Assembly: GCA_016207165.1 (NCBI GenBank)
Contig: JACQQD010000008.1
Span: 112,386 to 176,385 of the forward strand
Direction of reading: 5' to 3'
DNA length: 64,000 nucleotides
From: Candidatus Micrarchaeota archaeon
Lineage (GTDB): Archaea; Micrarchaeota; Micrarchaeia; Norongarragalinales; Norongarragalinaceae
The position numbers and the translations under genes were made by a program. The notes below the pieces were generated by a model, which was not told where the DNA came from, did not search any database, and worked only from the letters and a program-made list of their open reading frames with translations. Shown one piece after another: positions 47,037 to 55,752 of the stretch (its first letter is position 1; each line of letters opens with the position of its first letter).

Positions 47037-47740
47037 CGCACGATGGCGTAGCGCTTCGTCTTTTTCCCCAAGAGGAAGTTGACGGTGGTGTGGCCCCAGT
47101 CCAACAACAACCCCATCCAGCCTTCTTTTTGGAGGCGGCGGTTGGATGTGTACGCCGTGTATTGGTTCAAAAGAACGACTCGGCCGAACTTCGAGATGCG
47201 GAGGGACAAGTCTTGGTCTTCGGAGGCGTGCATTTGCTCGTCAAATCCATGCACTTTCCACAAGGTTTTTGCCCGGTAGAACACGCAGTTGCCGGCAATG
47301 ACCGGTTTTCCGAATGCGGTGGAAACGCGGACGATGGCGTTGAGCAACGTAAAGAACAGTTGCGTGTTCCAATCCGTCACGCTCGGCCGGATTTCGCAGC
47401 CCACGCTGACGACGTCGGGCTGCATGTCCAGGATTTCCAGGGCTTCCTCTACGAATTCTTTTTGGGGTTTCGTGTCCGCGTCGCAGAAAAGCAGGACGTC
47501 GCCGTTGGCTTTTTTCGCGCCGGCGTTGCGGCCCGCGGCGATGCTGGCGTTCTTCCAGTCTTTTCCGCGTTCGCGCACCACGTTCGCGTATTTTTTGGCG
47601 ATGGCGCGTGTGGCGTCGGTGCTGTGGCCGTCCGCGACAATGAGTTCCGCATTCTTGGGAGTGACTTTTCGGAGGTGTTTCAGGGTGGCGGCGATGCCTT
47701 GGGCTTCGTTGAGTGTGGGGATGATGACGGAGAGCTTCAT
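47033..47740 (-). CDS. Glycosyltransferase family 2
   Basis: Motifs VIIPTLNE, VADGHSTD and CDADT. Confidence 0.65.
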   Translation of the reverse strand: MKLSVIIPTLNEAQGIAATLKHLRKVTPKNAELIVADGHSTDATRAIAKKYANVVRERGKDWKNASIAAGRNAGAKKANGDVLLFCDADTKPQKEFVEEALEILDMQPDVVSVGCEIRPSVTDWNTQLFFTLLNAIVRVSTAFGKPVIAGNCVFYRAKTLWKVHGFDEQMHASEDQDLSLRISKFGRVVLLNQYTAYTSNRRLQKEGWMGLLLDWGHTTVNFLLGKKTKRYAIVR

Positions 47741-47767
47741 CAGAGCAAAGCACGCCGTTTGGAGTTA

Positions 47768-50110
47768 TTAATCCGCTGGCAGGCGGGTTTTCTCGGTCAT
47801 GGCGCGCAAGCGCTCCAGCATGATTTTCTGTTCGGCGGATGCCACGACTTTGCGGGTCACGTCGATGACGTCGGCGTTGACGGAGACGCTGTCAATGCCG
47901 AAGCGCACCAGGGCTTCCGCGAATTCGGGGTAAACCGAGGGTGCCTGGCCGCAGCAGGAGACGTTCACGCCGAACTTGTGGCAGGATTCAATGACGCGTT
48001 GGATGGACTTGATGACGGCCGGGTCGCGTTCGTCGAAGTCTTCGGCGACCAAGCTGGAGTCGCGGTCCAATCCCAGGGTCAGTTGGGTGAGGTCGTTGGA
48101 GCCGATGCTCATGAAGTCTACGCCCAACTGGCAGAATTCTTCCGCTAAGACCGCCGTGGATGGCACTTCGCACATGATGCCCAATTTGAAGTCCTTGTTC
48201 TGGTGTAAGCCGCTTTCCTCGACCAAGGCCTTGCAGAGCTTGTATTCGTGGAGGGTTCTGACAAAGGGAATCATGAGCCACAAGTTGGTCAACCCGAATT
48301 CCTCGCGGACTTTCTTGATGGCGGCCAGCTCCATGCGGAAGACTTCGGGGTCCTTGATGTAGCGGAAGCAACCGCGGAAACCGATCATGGGGTTTTCTTC
48401 CTTGGGTTCAAACTCTTCACCGCCTTCCAAATTCCGGTATTCGTTGGTCTTGAAGTCCGTGGCGCGGTAAATCACGGGGCGGGGAAAAAATTCGGAGCAG
48501 GCTTTGCGCAAGCCGTTGGCCACGGCGTCAATGAATTCCTGTTGGCGGCCTTCAGCAATCAACTTTCGGGGGTGAACTCCTAAGCCGGCGACCATGAACT
48601 CGGCTCGCAGCAATCCGATGCCGTCAACGTTCTTGGAAGCGACTCGGTCGGCCAGCTCCGGTTCGGCGAGGTTGACGTAGATTTTGGTGCCGGTGACCAG
48701 TGGAGCGCCGGCAGAAACGGAGGCCGCCGCTGGCGCGCTGGATTCCAGTTTGACTTCGCCGTCATAGATGACGCCGCGCTTCGCGTCCACGGTGACTTTT
48801 TGGCCGTCGGAAAGCGTTTGGGTGGCCGTGTTGGTGCCGACGATGCAGGGCACGCCCAGTTCCCGCGAAACGATGGCGGCGTGGCACGTCATGCCGCCTT
48901 CATCGGTGACGATGGCCGCCGCGCGCTTCATGGCGGGCACGTAGTCCGGCGACGTCATTTTGGCGACCAGGATGTCGCCTTTTTGGATTTTGTCGATTTG
49001 CTTGGCGGATTGAAGGATTTTTACCGGTCCAAAGCCGATGCCCGGCGCCGCTCCAAGGCCTTTCAGAAGCACCGTGGCTTTGCTTGCGTCCATTCCTTCA
49101 CTCACCTCTTCTTCCTGGTTTTCCTTGTACGTGGTAATGGGCCGGCTTTGCACGATGAAGGCGTCTCTTCCTTCGATGGCCCACTCGATGTCCTGCGGCT
49201 TTCCGTAGTGGTCCTCGATTTTGCGCCCCAAACCCGCAATGATGGTGATTTCTTCGTCGGAGAGCTTCTGGTTCTCCTGCATTTCCTCGGGCACTTCCTC
49301 GTCGCGCGTCACGGTCCCGACGCGGACGACCATTTGGGTCTGTTTGCGGACGCCTTTCTCGACGATCTTGTTGGAGTTCTTGTCAACGACGTAGTGGTCC
49401 GGGGAAATGGATCCGGATACGATGGCTTCCCCCAATCCGAACCCGGCTTCAATCACGATTTTGGTCCGGTCGTTCGTCATGGGCTCGACGGTGAACATGA
49501 CTCCGGACTTGTCGGATTGCACCATTTTCTGGATGACCACCGCGATGCCGACGTCGACGTGGTCAATGTCTTGGTCTTGGCGGTAGTAGATGGCTCTGGC
49601 TTCAAAAAGCGACGCCCAGCATTTCTTTACGGCGTCCACCACGGCGTCGGCGCCCTTGACGTTCAAAAACGTGGCCTGTTGGCCGGCGAATGACGCCTCT
49701 GGCAAATCCTCGGCGGTGGCGCTGGAGCGGACGGCGACGAGCACCTCGCTTTCGTTGGAGGGGATGAATGTGGCGCCGCACAGCTTGTTGTAGGCCCGAA
49801 CGATTTCGGCGCGGATGTCGGAGGGCACTTGCTTTTCGAGGATGGCGTCCTTGATTTCTTCGCTGACGCTTTGCAGTTTTTTGGAGTCTTCAGGATCCAA
49901 GTTCTCGGTTTTCACGCGCACCAGGGCGTCCAGACTGGAACGGTTCATGAAGTCGTGGTAGGCTTGCGCGGACGTGATGAAGCCGGGAGGCACGGGGAAA
50001 CCGGCTTGCGTCATTTCCCCCAAATTGGCTCCTTTTCCTCCGGCGACGCTCAGGGAGGCCTTGCTTAATTCATTGAACCAGTAAACGACTTGCGTCAAAC
50101 GTTTCCCCAC
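47768..50110 (-). CDS. ppsA: Phosphoenolpyruvate synthase (pyruvate, water dikinase)
   Basis: 780 aa. N-terminal GGKGANLGEM. Phospho-His region GGMTCHAAIVSRELG. PEP-utilising C-domain. Confidence 0.85.
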   Translation of the reverse strand: MGKRLTQVVYWFNELSKASLSVAGGKGANLGEMTQAGFPVPPGFITSAQAYHDFMNRSSLDALVRVKTENLDPEDSKKLQSVSEEIKDAILEKQVPSDIRAEIVRAYNKLCGATFIPSNESEVLVAVRSSATAEDLPEASFAGQQATFLNVKGADAVVDAVKKCWASLFEARAIYYRQDQDIDHVDVGIAVVIQKMVQSDKSGVMFTVEPMTNDRTKIVIEAGFGLGEAIVSGSISPDHYVVDKNSNKIVEKGVRKQTQMVVRVGTVTRDEEVPEEMQENQKLSDEEITIIAGLGRKIEDHYGKPQDIEWAIEGRDAFIVQSRPITTYKENQEEEVSEGMDASKATVLLKGLGAAPGIGFGPVKILQSAKQIDKIQKGDILVAKMTSPDYVPAMKRAAAIVTDEGGMTCHAAIVSRELGVPCIVGTNTATQTLSDGQKVTVDAKRGVIYDGEVKLESSAPAAASVSAGAPLVTGTKIYVNLAEPELADRVASKNVDGIGLLRAEFMVAGLGVHPRKLIAEGRQQEFIDAVANGLRKACSEFFPRPVIYRATDFKTNEYRNLEGGEEFEPKEENPMIGFRGCFRYIKDPEVFRMELAAIKKVREEFGLTNLWLMIPFVRTLHEYKLCKALVEESGLHQNKDFKLGIMCEVPSTAVLAEEFCQLGVDFMSIGSNDLTQLTLGLDRDSSLVAEDFDERDPAVIKSIQRVIESCHKFGVNVSCCGQAPSVYPEFAEALVRFGIDSVSVNADVIDVTRKVVASAEQKIMLERLRAMTEKTRLPAD

Positions 50111-50200
50111 CGGACGCGCCGTGCTTTGGCGCCTGACGGAAAAAGAAATTCGTCAGTTGACGCTTACAAGGGTTTCAACGTTTAAAACGCTTTGGCCGGC

Positions 50201-51205
50201 TTACGGGGTTTTCGGTACCGGCACTTTTTTCCCGGTGGTGGCCGAATCCACGCAGGCCTGGGCAATCGCGATGGCGTTGAGGCCGTCTTGCGCGGTGCAG
50301 AGGGGTTTCTCGTTTCCTTTTGCGGCTTCCAAAAAGTGCTCCAGTTCGGCGCGAAGGGGTTCTTTTTTGGTGAAGTACGGCCGCATTTCCGTCCCGCGTC
50401 CGGCCCGCCACAAAATCTCATCAAAGGTCTTGTACTCGGGTTTCTGGTCGCCTTGAAGCGTGACGGTGAGTTCCTGGGTAATGTAATCCAAGTGAGCGGA
50501 TCCTTTTGTGCCGGTAACGATGAGTTGCCTCGTCTTGATGGGGGTGACGCGGTTGGTTTCCACGGCCGCGTAAAATCCGGGAAATTCCAAAATCGCGGAG
50601 GCCACGTCGTAGGAATCCAAGACGGCTTGATGGACGCCGAACACCGTTTCCGGCTTTTTGCCGGTCAGGTAGCACAATACGTCCATGTCGTGCACGCCTT
50701 GGTCAAAGAAGGCGTGGCCGAGTTTTCGAGGCGACGGCACGCCGAAGCGGTGGGCGGAGGCGTACACGATGTCGCCGATTTGGTGCAGGTGTTTCTTGAG
50801 GGTTTGAACTCCCGGGTTGAAGCGCTCGATGTGGCCCACGCACAAAACGGCTTCGTGTTTTTCGGCCAGGGCTTTCAGCGCCACGCCTTCGGGAATCGAG
50901 GCCGCCAACGGTTTTTCCACGAGGCAGGCGATGCCTTTCTCCAAAAGGATGCCGGCGACTTGGGCGTGAAACGGCGTGGGGACCACGATGCTTGCGGCCT
51001 GCGGTTTTTCCTTTAACGCTTCTTGCAAGGAGTCGTGGACGCGGACTTTGCCGTCCAAGTTCATTTCAGTGAGTTGTTTCTTGGATTCCGCGTTGGGTTC
51101 CACCACGTGCACAAACGCCACGTCGTGCATGGCGACGTAGTTTCGGATGTGGTGCCGTCCCATGGCGCCGGCGCCTACCACTAAGACGTTCATGGGCTGT
51201 TTCAT
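50201..51205 (-). CDS. Gfo/Idh/MocA-family NAD(P)-dependent oxidoreductase
   Basis: Rossmann motif VLVVGAGAMG. Start at 51205 or 51193. Confidence 0.65.
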   Translation of the reverse strand: MKQPMNVLVVGAGAMGRHHIRNYVAMHDVAFVHVVEPNAESKKQLTEMNLDGKVRVHDSLQEALKEKPQAASIVVPTPFHAQVAGILLEKGIACLVEKPLAASIPEGVALKALAEKHEAVLCVGHIERFNPGVQTLKKHLHQIGDIVYASAHRFGVPSPRKLGHAFFDQGVHDMDVLCYLTGKKPETVFGVHQAVLDSYDVASAILEFPGFYAAVETNRVTPIKTRQLIVTGTKGSAHLDYITQELTVTLQGDQKPEYKTFDEILWRAGRGTEMRPYFTKKEPLRAELEHFLEAAKGNEKPLCTAQDGLNAIAIAQACVDSATTGKKVPVPKTP

Positions 51206-51392
51206 GCGACAAACCAAATAAATAGTTGGGTTCCGGAAGCGGGTGCACAACGCACGAGGGGGTGTCCGGCACCCACCCCGGATGTATGTAAAGTATGTTT
51301 TACATTATGTATATAAAGCTTTACGTCGGGTTTTGGGTGTTTCCCTTGGCGAAATCTCTTAAGTTTCCGTTTCCACTTTGAGTGTCCGATTT

Positions 51393-51500
51393 GCGGCTGT
51401 GGTCTAATGGTTTGCTTCCTGGTTTCAAGATTCAAACCGGATATTGGCATGATTCGAGCTTCCCAAGCTCGCTGCGCGGGTTCGATTCCCGCCAGCCGCA
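51393..51500 (+). tRNA. tRNA-Gly(CCC) with a ~36 nt non-canonical intron in the D-arm
   Basis: Acceptor stem GCGGCTG/CAGCCGC with A73. T-arm GCGGG-TTCGATT-CCCGC. Anticodon arm CGAGC-TTCCCAA-GCTCG. 55 nt lie between the acceptor and anticodon stems. A model with a 3 bp D-stem and an intron after position 21 gives a 72 nt mature tRNA. C2:G71 and G3:C70 fit Gly. Confidence 0.5.
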
Positions 51501-51612
51501 TTCAGTCCAGGTCTGTGTGCGCAATTGGTCAGATTGTGCCGTATTGCGCAAGAATATGCAGAATACGGCACTATTTAACCTCAGGCCTGTTTGGCCATTG
51601 ACGAGCGGGTCT
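51490..51612 (+). repeat. att core (CGCCAGCCGCATTCA) plus conserved ~110 nt arm, copy 1
   Basis: About 80% identical to 53779-53897. Confidence 0.7.
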
Positions 51613-51686
51613 TCGTTCAAAATTGGATCAAGTGCATAGCGTTGTTCCCGCGTTTCTCTTGAAAATGACGGCGCGTTTGATATTAT

Positions 51687-52715
51687 TTAATGTTGGGCGG
51701 GTACTTTTTCAACATGCCAGAGTTGCCGTTGAGGGTCAAACCGTGCTCGAAACAAAGACTGCATGACTTCCGCATCCACTCCAAGGGAGTCTAAATGAGG
51801 ACGAAAGTGTTGAATCATCGCTTCTCGCAAGGAAGGATCCATCAGGTGTTCTTTGAGGGAAGCGTGGTTCGCGCCCCATACCATTCCAATGGTTGGTTTT
51901 TTACCGCGCTCTTTGGCGACGGTTTCCGCAACGATCTCTTCCAATTTTTTCGCACCCATCGCATTTCGGAACTCGGATGCGGCCGTTGGAAAGAAGCTTC
52001 CAGAGTACCAAGCTAACGCGCGTCGGGCAATTTCCCTTCGACGGATTTCACCCGGCCAAGAGACGGCATGAAGCAACGCTTGAAACGGAGGCAAAAAGGC
52101 GTAAGAAAAGGCGGCTGCGCCAGCTTTCAAACCTACTTTTTTTCCCAATCCTAAAAATGCCCGACGCGAAAGGGTGGCCGAATCCCTGATTTCTTGAGCT
52201 CTTTTAAGACGCGCTTCAAGCTTTTTGAGTTTATTTGATCGTGATTTTCCTTGTTGGGCTAATTCCGTTTTATGGGCCTGAATTTCGCCCTCGATTAGTT
52301 TTTGTGCGGCTTCTTGTTGACCTCTGGCCTTTTTCTTCTCGAGTATTTCTAGCAGGTCAAGCAAGGCAGATCCGCCTAGTAGCATCCCGATAATTCTTCC
52401 CGGTCCGGGCCTGTATTTGAGCCGAAGGTTCACGTCCTCCCGATTCAAGTCAAAATCCCCTAACCAGACTTCCGCTCCACCTTGAGCCGCTTTGGCCAAA
52501 AGCATCCGCAACTTTCTGTCTCCGGCGTTTAGAGTCGCTTTGCTGTTCATCACCCGTCCAAGGTATTCCGCATCGTCTTTTTTTGTCAACGGATAATCGA
52601 AAAACAGAGCGTCCATGTGCTGCGGATCGAGGTCCGACCAGTCCTCTTGATGGGATTCCAATTCTAGTGCGTAATGCGCCTTAGGTGTTTCAAAGCGGAG
52701 GTATCCCATATGCAA
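51687..52715 (-). CDS. Hypothetical protein (342 aa)
   Basis: No confident motif. Lies in cassette B1. Confidence 0.4.
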   Translation of the reverse strand: MHMGYLRFETPKAHYALELESHQEDWSDLDPQHMDALFFDYPLTKKDDAEYLGRVMNSKATLNAGDRKLRMLLAKAAQGGAEVWLGDFDLNREDVNLRLKYRPGPGRIIGMLLGGSALLDLLEILEKKKARGQQEAAQKLIEGEIQAHKTELAQQGKSRSNKLKKLEARLKRAQEIRDSATLSRRAFLGLGKKVGLKAGAAAFSYAFLPPFQALLHAVSWPGEIRRREIARRALAWYSGSFFPTAASEFRNAMGAKKLEEIVAETVAKERGKKPTIGMVWGANHASLKEHLMDPSLREAMIQHFRPHLDSLGVDAEVMQSLFRARFDPQRQLWHVEKVPAQH

Positions 52716-52805
52716 TCTCTGAACTTCTTTTCTTTAAAACAATTTGACCTCCGCTTTTCGGCCGTCAATAGTCCTTTCGATCCACATTTCAAATGTTTGA
52801 CCTAT

Positions 52806-52905
52806 GTCTTGAAGAACTTCTCATGCGTCTCCTTGAGGCGCGCATAAAGGAAATTCTCAAGCGTAATGGTTCGTCCGTTGTCTGAATCTTCCAGGGCCGA
52901 AAAAT
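52806..52905 (-). pseudogene. 3'-terminal fragment of a Fic-family gene
   Basis: Encodes YFSALEDSDNGRTITLENFLYARLKETHEKFFKT-stop. About 85% nt identity to 54535-54655 (C-terminus of the intact Fic gene). Homology ends abruptly upstream. Confidence 0.6.
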
Positions 52906-52959
52906 AGGTTAATAAGATAGTCTTACCAATAAGACTTTAGCTGAAAATGAGGTGTTCAT

Positions 52960-53241
52960 ATGGCTCGTTCAAAGGACCTTCAAATCACGAAGATGTCGTC
53001 CCGCGGCCAAATCGTCATTCCGGAAGGCATCCGGGACGAACTGGACCTGCACGCCGGATCCACGTTCGTCGTATTCGGAAAAAAGGAAGCGGATGCCATC
53101 ATGCTGAAAAAACTGGAGTTTCCCGAACCGAGCAAAGCCTTTGACGAAATGGCGCAATGGGGAGAAAAACACGCCAAATCGAAAGGGTTGGATACGTCCG
53201 CCAGCAGAATCGTTGAAAACCAGCACAAACGCAGAAAATGA
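52960..53241 (+). CDS. AbrB/SpoVT-type antitoxin
   Basis: KMSSRGQIVIPEGIRDEL looped-hinge-helix motif. 4 nt overlap with the downstream PIN gene. Confidence 0.6.
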   Translation: MARSKDLQITKMSSRGQIVIPEGIRDELDLHAGSTFVVFGKKEADAIMLKKLEFPEPSKAFDEMAQWGEKHAKSKGLDTSASRIVENQHKRRK

Positions 53242-53651
53242 CTTCCCTTCCAAGCGTGGTTTTTGACACGAACGTCCTGGTGTCCGCCATCTTGTCCACG
53301 AAAGGGGCCTCATACGCACTGGTGCGCCTCGCTGCCGAGGGAAAAATCGTCGGCTACACGTCCAAGACGCTGATGGATGAATTCCGGGAGATCATCCAGC
53401 GGGATTACGAAGTCTCGCCGGAGAGGGCCAACCGCATGGTCGACGTGTTCCTGCAGTTCCTGAAAATAGTCGACCCCACCATTCGACTGGACGCCGTCCG
53501 CGAAGATCCGGATGACAACCGTGTTTTGGAATGCGCCGCCATGGCCAACGCGAAATTCGTGGTTTCCTGGGATCCGCACCTCACCAAACTTGGCAGGTTC
53601 GAGGAGATTCAAATCTTGAATCCGGGAAAAATGCTCGGTTTGCTGAAGTAA
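53238..53651 (+). CDS. vapC: VapC-like PIN-domain toxin
   Basis: VVFDTNVLVSAI N-terminus and PIN acidic residues. Confidence 0.65.
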   Translation: MTSLPSVVFDTNVLVSAILSTKGASYALVRLAAEGKIVGYTSKTLMDEFREIIQRDYEVSPERANRMVDVFLQFLKIVDPTIRLDAVREDPDDNRVLECAAMANAKFVVSWDPHLTKLGRFEEIQILNPGKMLGLLK

Positions 53652-53691
53652 ACCGAACGGCATCAGGTCTGTTTCTTTTTAACGTCGTGTT

Positions 53692-53897
53692 GAATTCAAC
53701 ACGATTTTACCAAACAAACCACACCCACCAAGCAGGCCTCTAAGCGCGGCAGCCGCATCCAGAACAAGTCTGAGTTCGCGCCAGCCGCATCCAGTCCAGG
53801 TCTGTGTGCGTTTTTTGCACGATTGTGCACATATGCGCATGATTATGCAGAATTCAGCACTATTTAACCTCAGGCCCGTTTGGCCCTTGACGAGGGT
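53692..53897 (+). repeat. att copy 2: left flank, two degenerate tRNA 3'-end cores, and the conserved arm
   Basis: gcgcggcagccgcatccag equals the tRNA 3' end with the T-loop deleted. A second core, gcgccagccgcatccagtcc, follows. Arm runs 53797-53897. Confidence 0.65.
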
Positions 53898-53922
53898 CAA
53901 ATTGTCCTTTGTCAGGCTTCAT

Positions 53923-54519
53923 TTATTCCTGACTGTTTTTCAAGTTGAACGTTACATTCATTACTCGTTCGGAAAACGCTCGGGCACGAATCGAATCGGA
54001 ATCACTAAGATTCCCAAAACCAAAGACTGAAAATGTCCCTTGCAGTTGGGCATAAAACACAGTTTTATCCAATTGCGCGCCCTTCTGCCGCAGATTCTTC
54101 ACGACAAAATCCAAATTTCCGGGTTCATTTCTAATACGACGGTCTTGATCGGTTAAATCAAACAAAATTGATTTTACGGCCAAGCCAAAGTTTCCGGTTC
54201 CTTTCTTGACACAAAAAAGCGCCATCTTTGTTTTTGAAAGGTTTTGCGATTCCAAGTATTTCTGGATTGAAAAGCCATGATGCAGTAGGCCTCCAGCAAA
54301 AACAAAATCAAACCCGGAAATTGATGGTGTTTCCAATGAAGTCTTAACGACAACCCTCGAATTTATCTTCCGTGCGCCTTGAGCAATAGCCTCAGCCAAT
54401 TGTTTAGCTTTTGAACCATCATAAACCACCAAAACGTTCATGTTTGAGGGTAACCGTCCAAACTTAATTAAACCCACATTTTTCTCAGGAAAATGTGACA
54501 ATATACCGAAGAGTCTCAA
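53923..54519 (-). CDS. Flavodoxin-like fold protein
   Basis: MNVLVVYDGSKAKQLAEAIAQGARK. Lower GC than surroundings. Confidence 0.45.
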   Translation of the reverse strand: MRLFGILSHFPEKNVGLIKFGRLPSNMNVLVVYDGSKAKQLAEAIAQGARKINSRVVVKTSLETPSISGFDFVFAGGLLHHGFSIQKYLESQNLSKTKMALFCVKKGTGNFGLAVKSILFDLTDQDRRIRNEPGNLDFVVKNLRQKGAQLDKTVFYAQLQGTFSVFGFGNLSDSDSIRARAFSERVMNVTFNLKNSQE

Positions 54520-54522
54520 TAA

Positions 54523-55476
54523 TCATTCCAAATATTTGACGTAAATCTTGAAGAACTTTTCATGCGTCTCCTTAAGCCGCGCATAAAGAAAATTCTCCAA
54601 AGTGATGGTTCGACCGTTGTCCGCATCTTCCAGAGCTGAAAAGTAGGACAGCCGCTGCGTTTTGCGGATGATGAGTGGAGGGTAGCCAGCTTGCAACAAC
54701 ATGGCGTTGATGAGGAAGCGACCGACGCGGCCGTTGCCATCTTCGAAAGGATGGATTTGTTCGAAACGGCCGTGAAATTCAGCTGCGAGTTGCAGCGGGT
54801 GCTTTTTGGAGCGGTTTTCCTCAAACCAGACAAATAGCTCGCCCATTTGTTTTGCGACGCCTTCCGGCGGCGTGGTGAGCACTTGCCGGCCGTGGATGTA
54901 ATTGGGCAGTTGCTTGTAGCCCGTAGCGATTCCCATGTCCTTGACGAGAATCGAGTGCATTTTGTGCATGTCCTTTTCGCGGACTTTGAGTTTGCCCCGC
55001 AAAATAAGGTCAATGACTTGCCGGGAATTACGGGTTTCGTAGATTTCGCGCAAGTTTTTGCCCGGAATGGCGACGTTTTCATGAATGACGATGGCAACGT
55101 CCTTGAGAGTCAACGAGTTTCCTTCAATGGCGTTGGATTCGTAGGTGAAGTTAACGGTGAAGCGGTCGAACAAATCGGTTTTTTGGGCATCCGTCATCTT
55201 CGACATCAGTTTGCGGTATTCCAACCGCATGCGTTCCATTTTTTCAGGCGCCGAAAGGTCTCGTAGTTTCAGCGAGGCATAGTGCTTTTTCGCGAAACGA
55301 ACCCGAGCTTCAACCTCTTTTTGTTCAAAATAATCCTCAAGTTCCCGATTGTTTTTGCCGGTTCGGCCTTGGACGCGCTTGGCTATTTTGTGCACCCGAC
55401 CGTCCGGTAAGCGGATGGACTTGACCGCATACAGATAGTCTTTGCCTTTGATGCGCTTTTGAGCGAAATGAGCCAC
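54523..55476 (-). CDS. fic: Fic-family protein (class II-like, putative AMP transferase)
   Basis: HPFEDGNGRVGRFL Fic motif. Upstream TYESNAIEGNSL segment matches the [ST]xxxE[GN] inhibitory motif. Start codon is GTG. Confidence 0.75.
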   Translation of the reverse strand: MAHFAQKRIKGKDYLYAVKSIRLPDGRVHKIAKRVQGRTGKNNRELEDYFEQKEVEARVRFAKKHYASLKLRDLSAPEKMERMRLEYRKLMSKMTDAQKTDLFDRFTVNFTYESNAIEGNSLTLKDVAIVIHENVAIPGKNLREIYETRNSRQVIDLILRGKLKVREKDMHKMHSILVKDMGIATGYKQLPNYIHGRQVLTTPPEGVAKQMGELFVWFEENRSKKHPLQLAAEFHGRFEQIHPFEDGNGRVGRFLINAMLLQAGYPPLIIRKTQRLSYFSALEDADNGRTITLENFLYARLKETHEKFFKIYVKYLE

Positions 55477-55483
55477 GAATTAG

Positions 55484-55526
55484 TTAACCCCACAGATTTA
55501 TTTAAACCTATCTTTTGTGGGGTTAA
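55484..55526 (-). promoter_or_regulatory. Fic promoter: TTTAAATA TATA box inside an 11 bp inverted repeat
   Basis: ttaaccccaca-N21-tgtggggttaa. On the gene strand the spacer reads GGTTTAAATAAATC, ~27-34 nt before the start codon. Confidence 0.5.
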
Positions 55527-55560
55527 AACAAACGTTACGGACTATTTCAATTCATGTGCC

Positions 55561-55665
55561 GAATTCAACGCGATTCAACCAAACAAACAACGCACGCAGC
55601 CAACACTGTAAGCGCGGCAGCCGCATTGAGGACAGGACTCAAGGTGCGCCAGCCGCATTCAACGT
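55561..55665 (+). repeat. att copy 3 (left flank plus cores, no arm)
   Basis: Matches 53692-53797 (gaattcaacRcgatt...taagcgcggcagccgcat...gcgccagccgcattca). Confidence 0.6.
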
Positions 55666-55752
55666 GGCCGCTGCGTGATGGGAAAAAATAAGAAAAAGAG
55701 GCCAAGCGGCCGAAAAGAAATGGATGCTTGACGCGTTGCGCGTCCAACGTCT

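Larger units (their letters stand above)
51393..55665. mobile_element. tRNA-Gly-associated integration hotspot with two tandem cassettes (AbrB-PIN with Fic remnant and hypothetical; Fic with flavodoxin-like). No integrase.
   Basis: Three direct copies of the tRNA 3' end. Conserved arm in copies 1 and 2. Lower GC in cassette 2. Confidence 0.5.

Noticed and set aside
51432-53900. Minus-strand ORFs 51432..51620 and 53679..53900 with similar peptides
   Set aside because: They overlap the tRNA and the conserved att arm. The similarity comes from the DNA repeat, not from a real gene.
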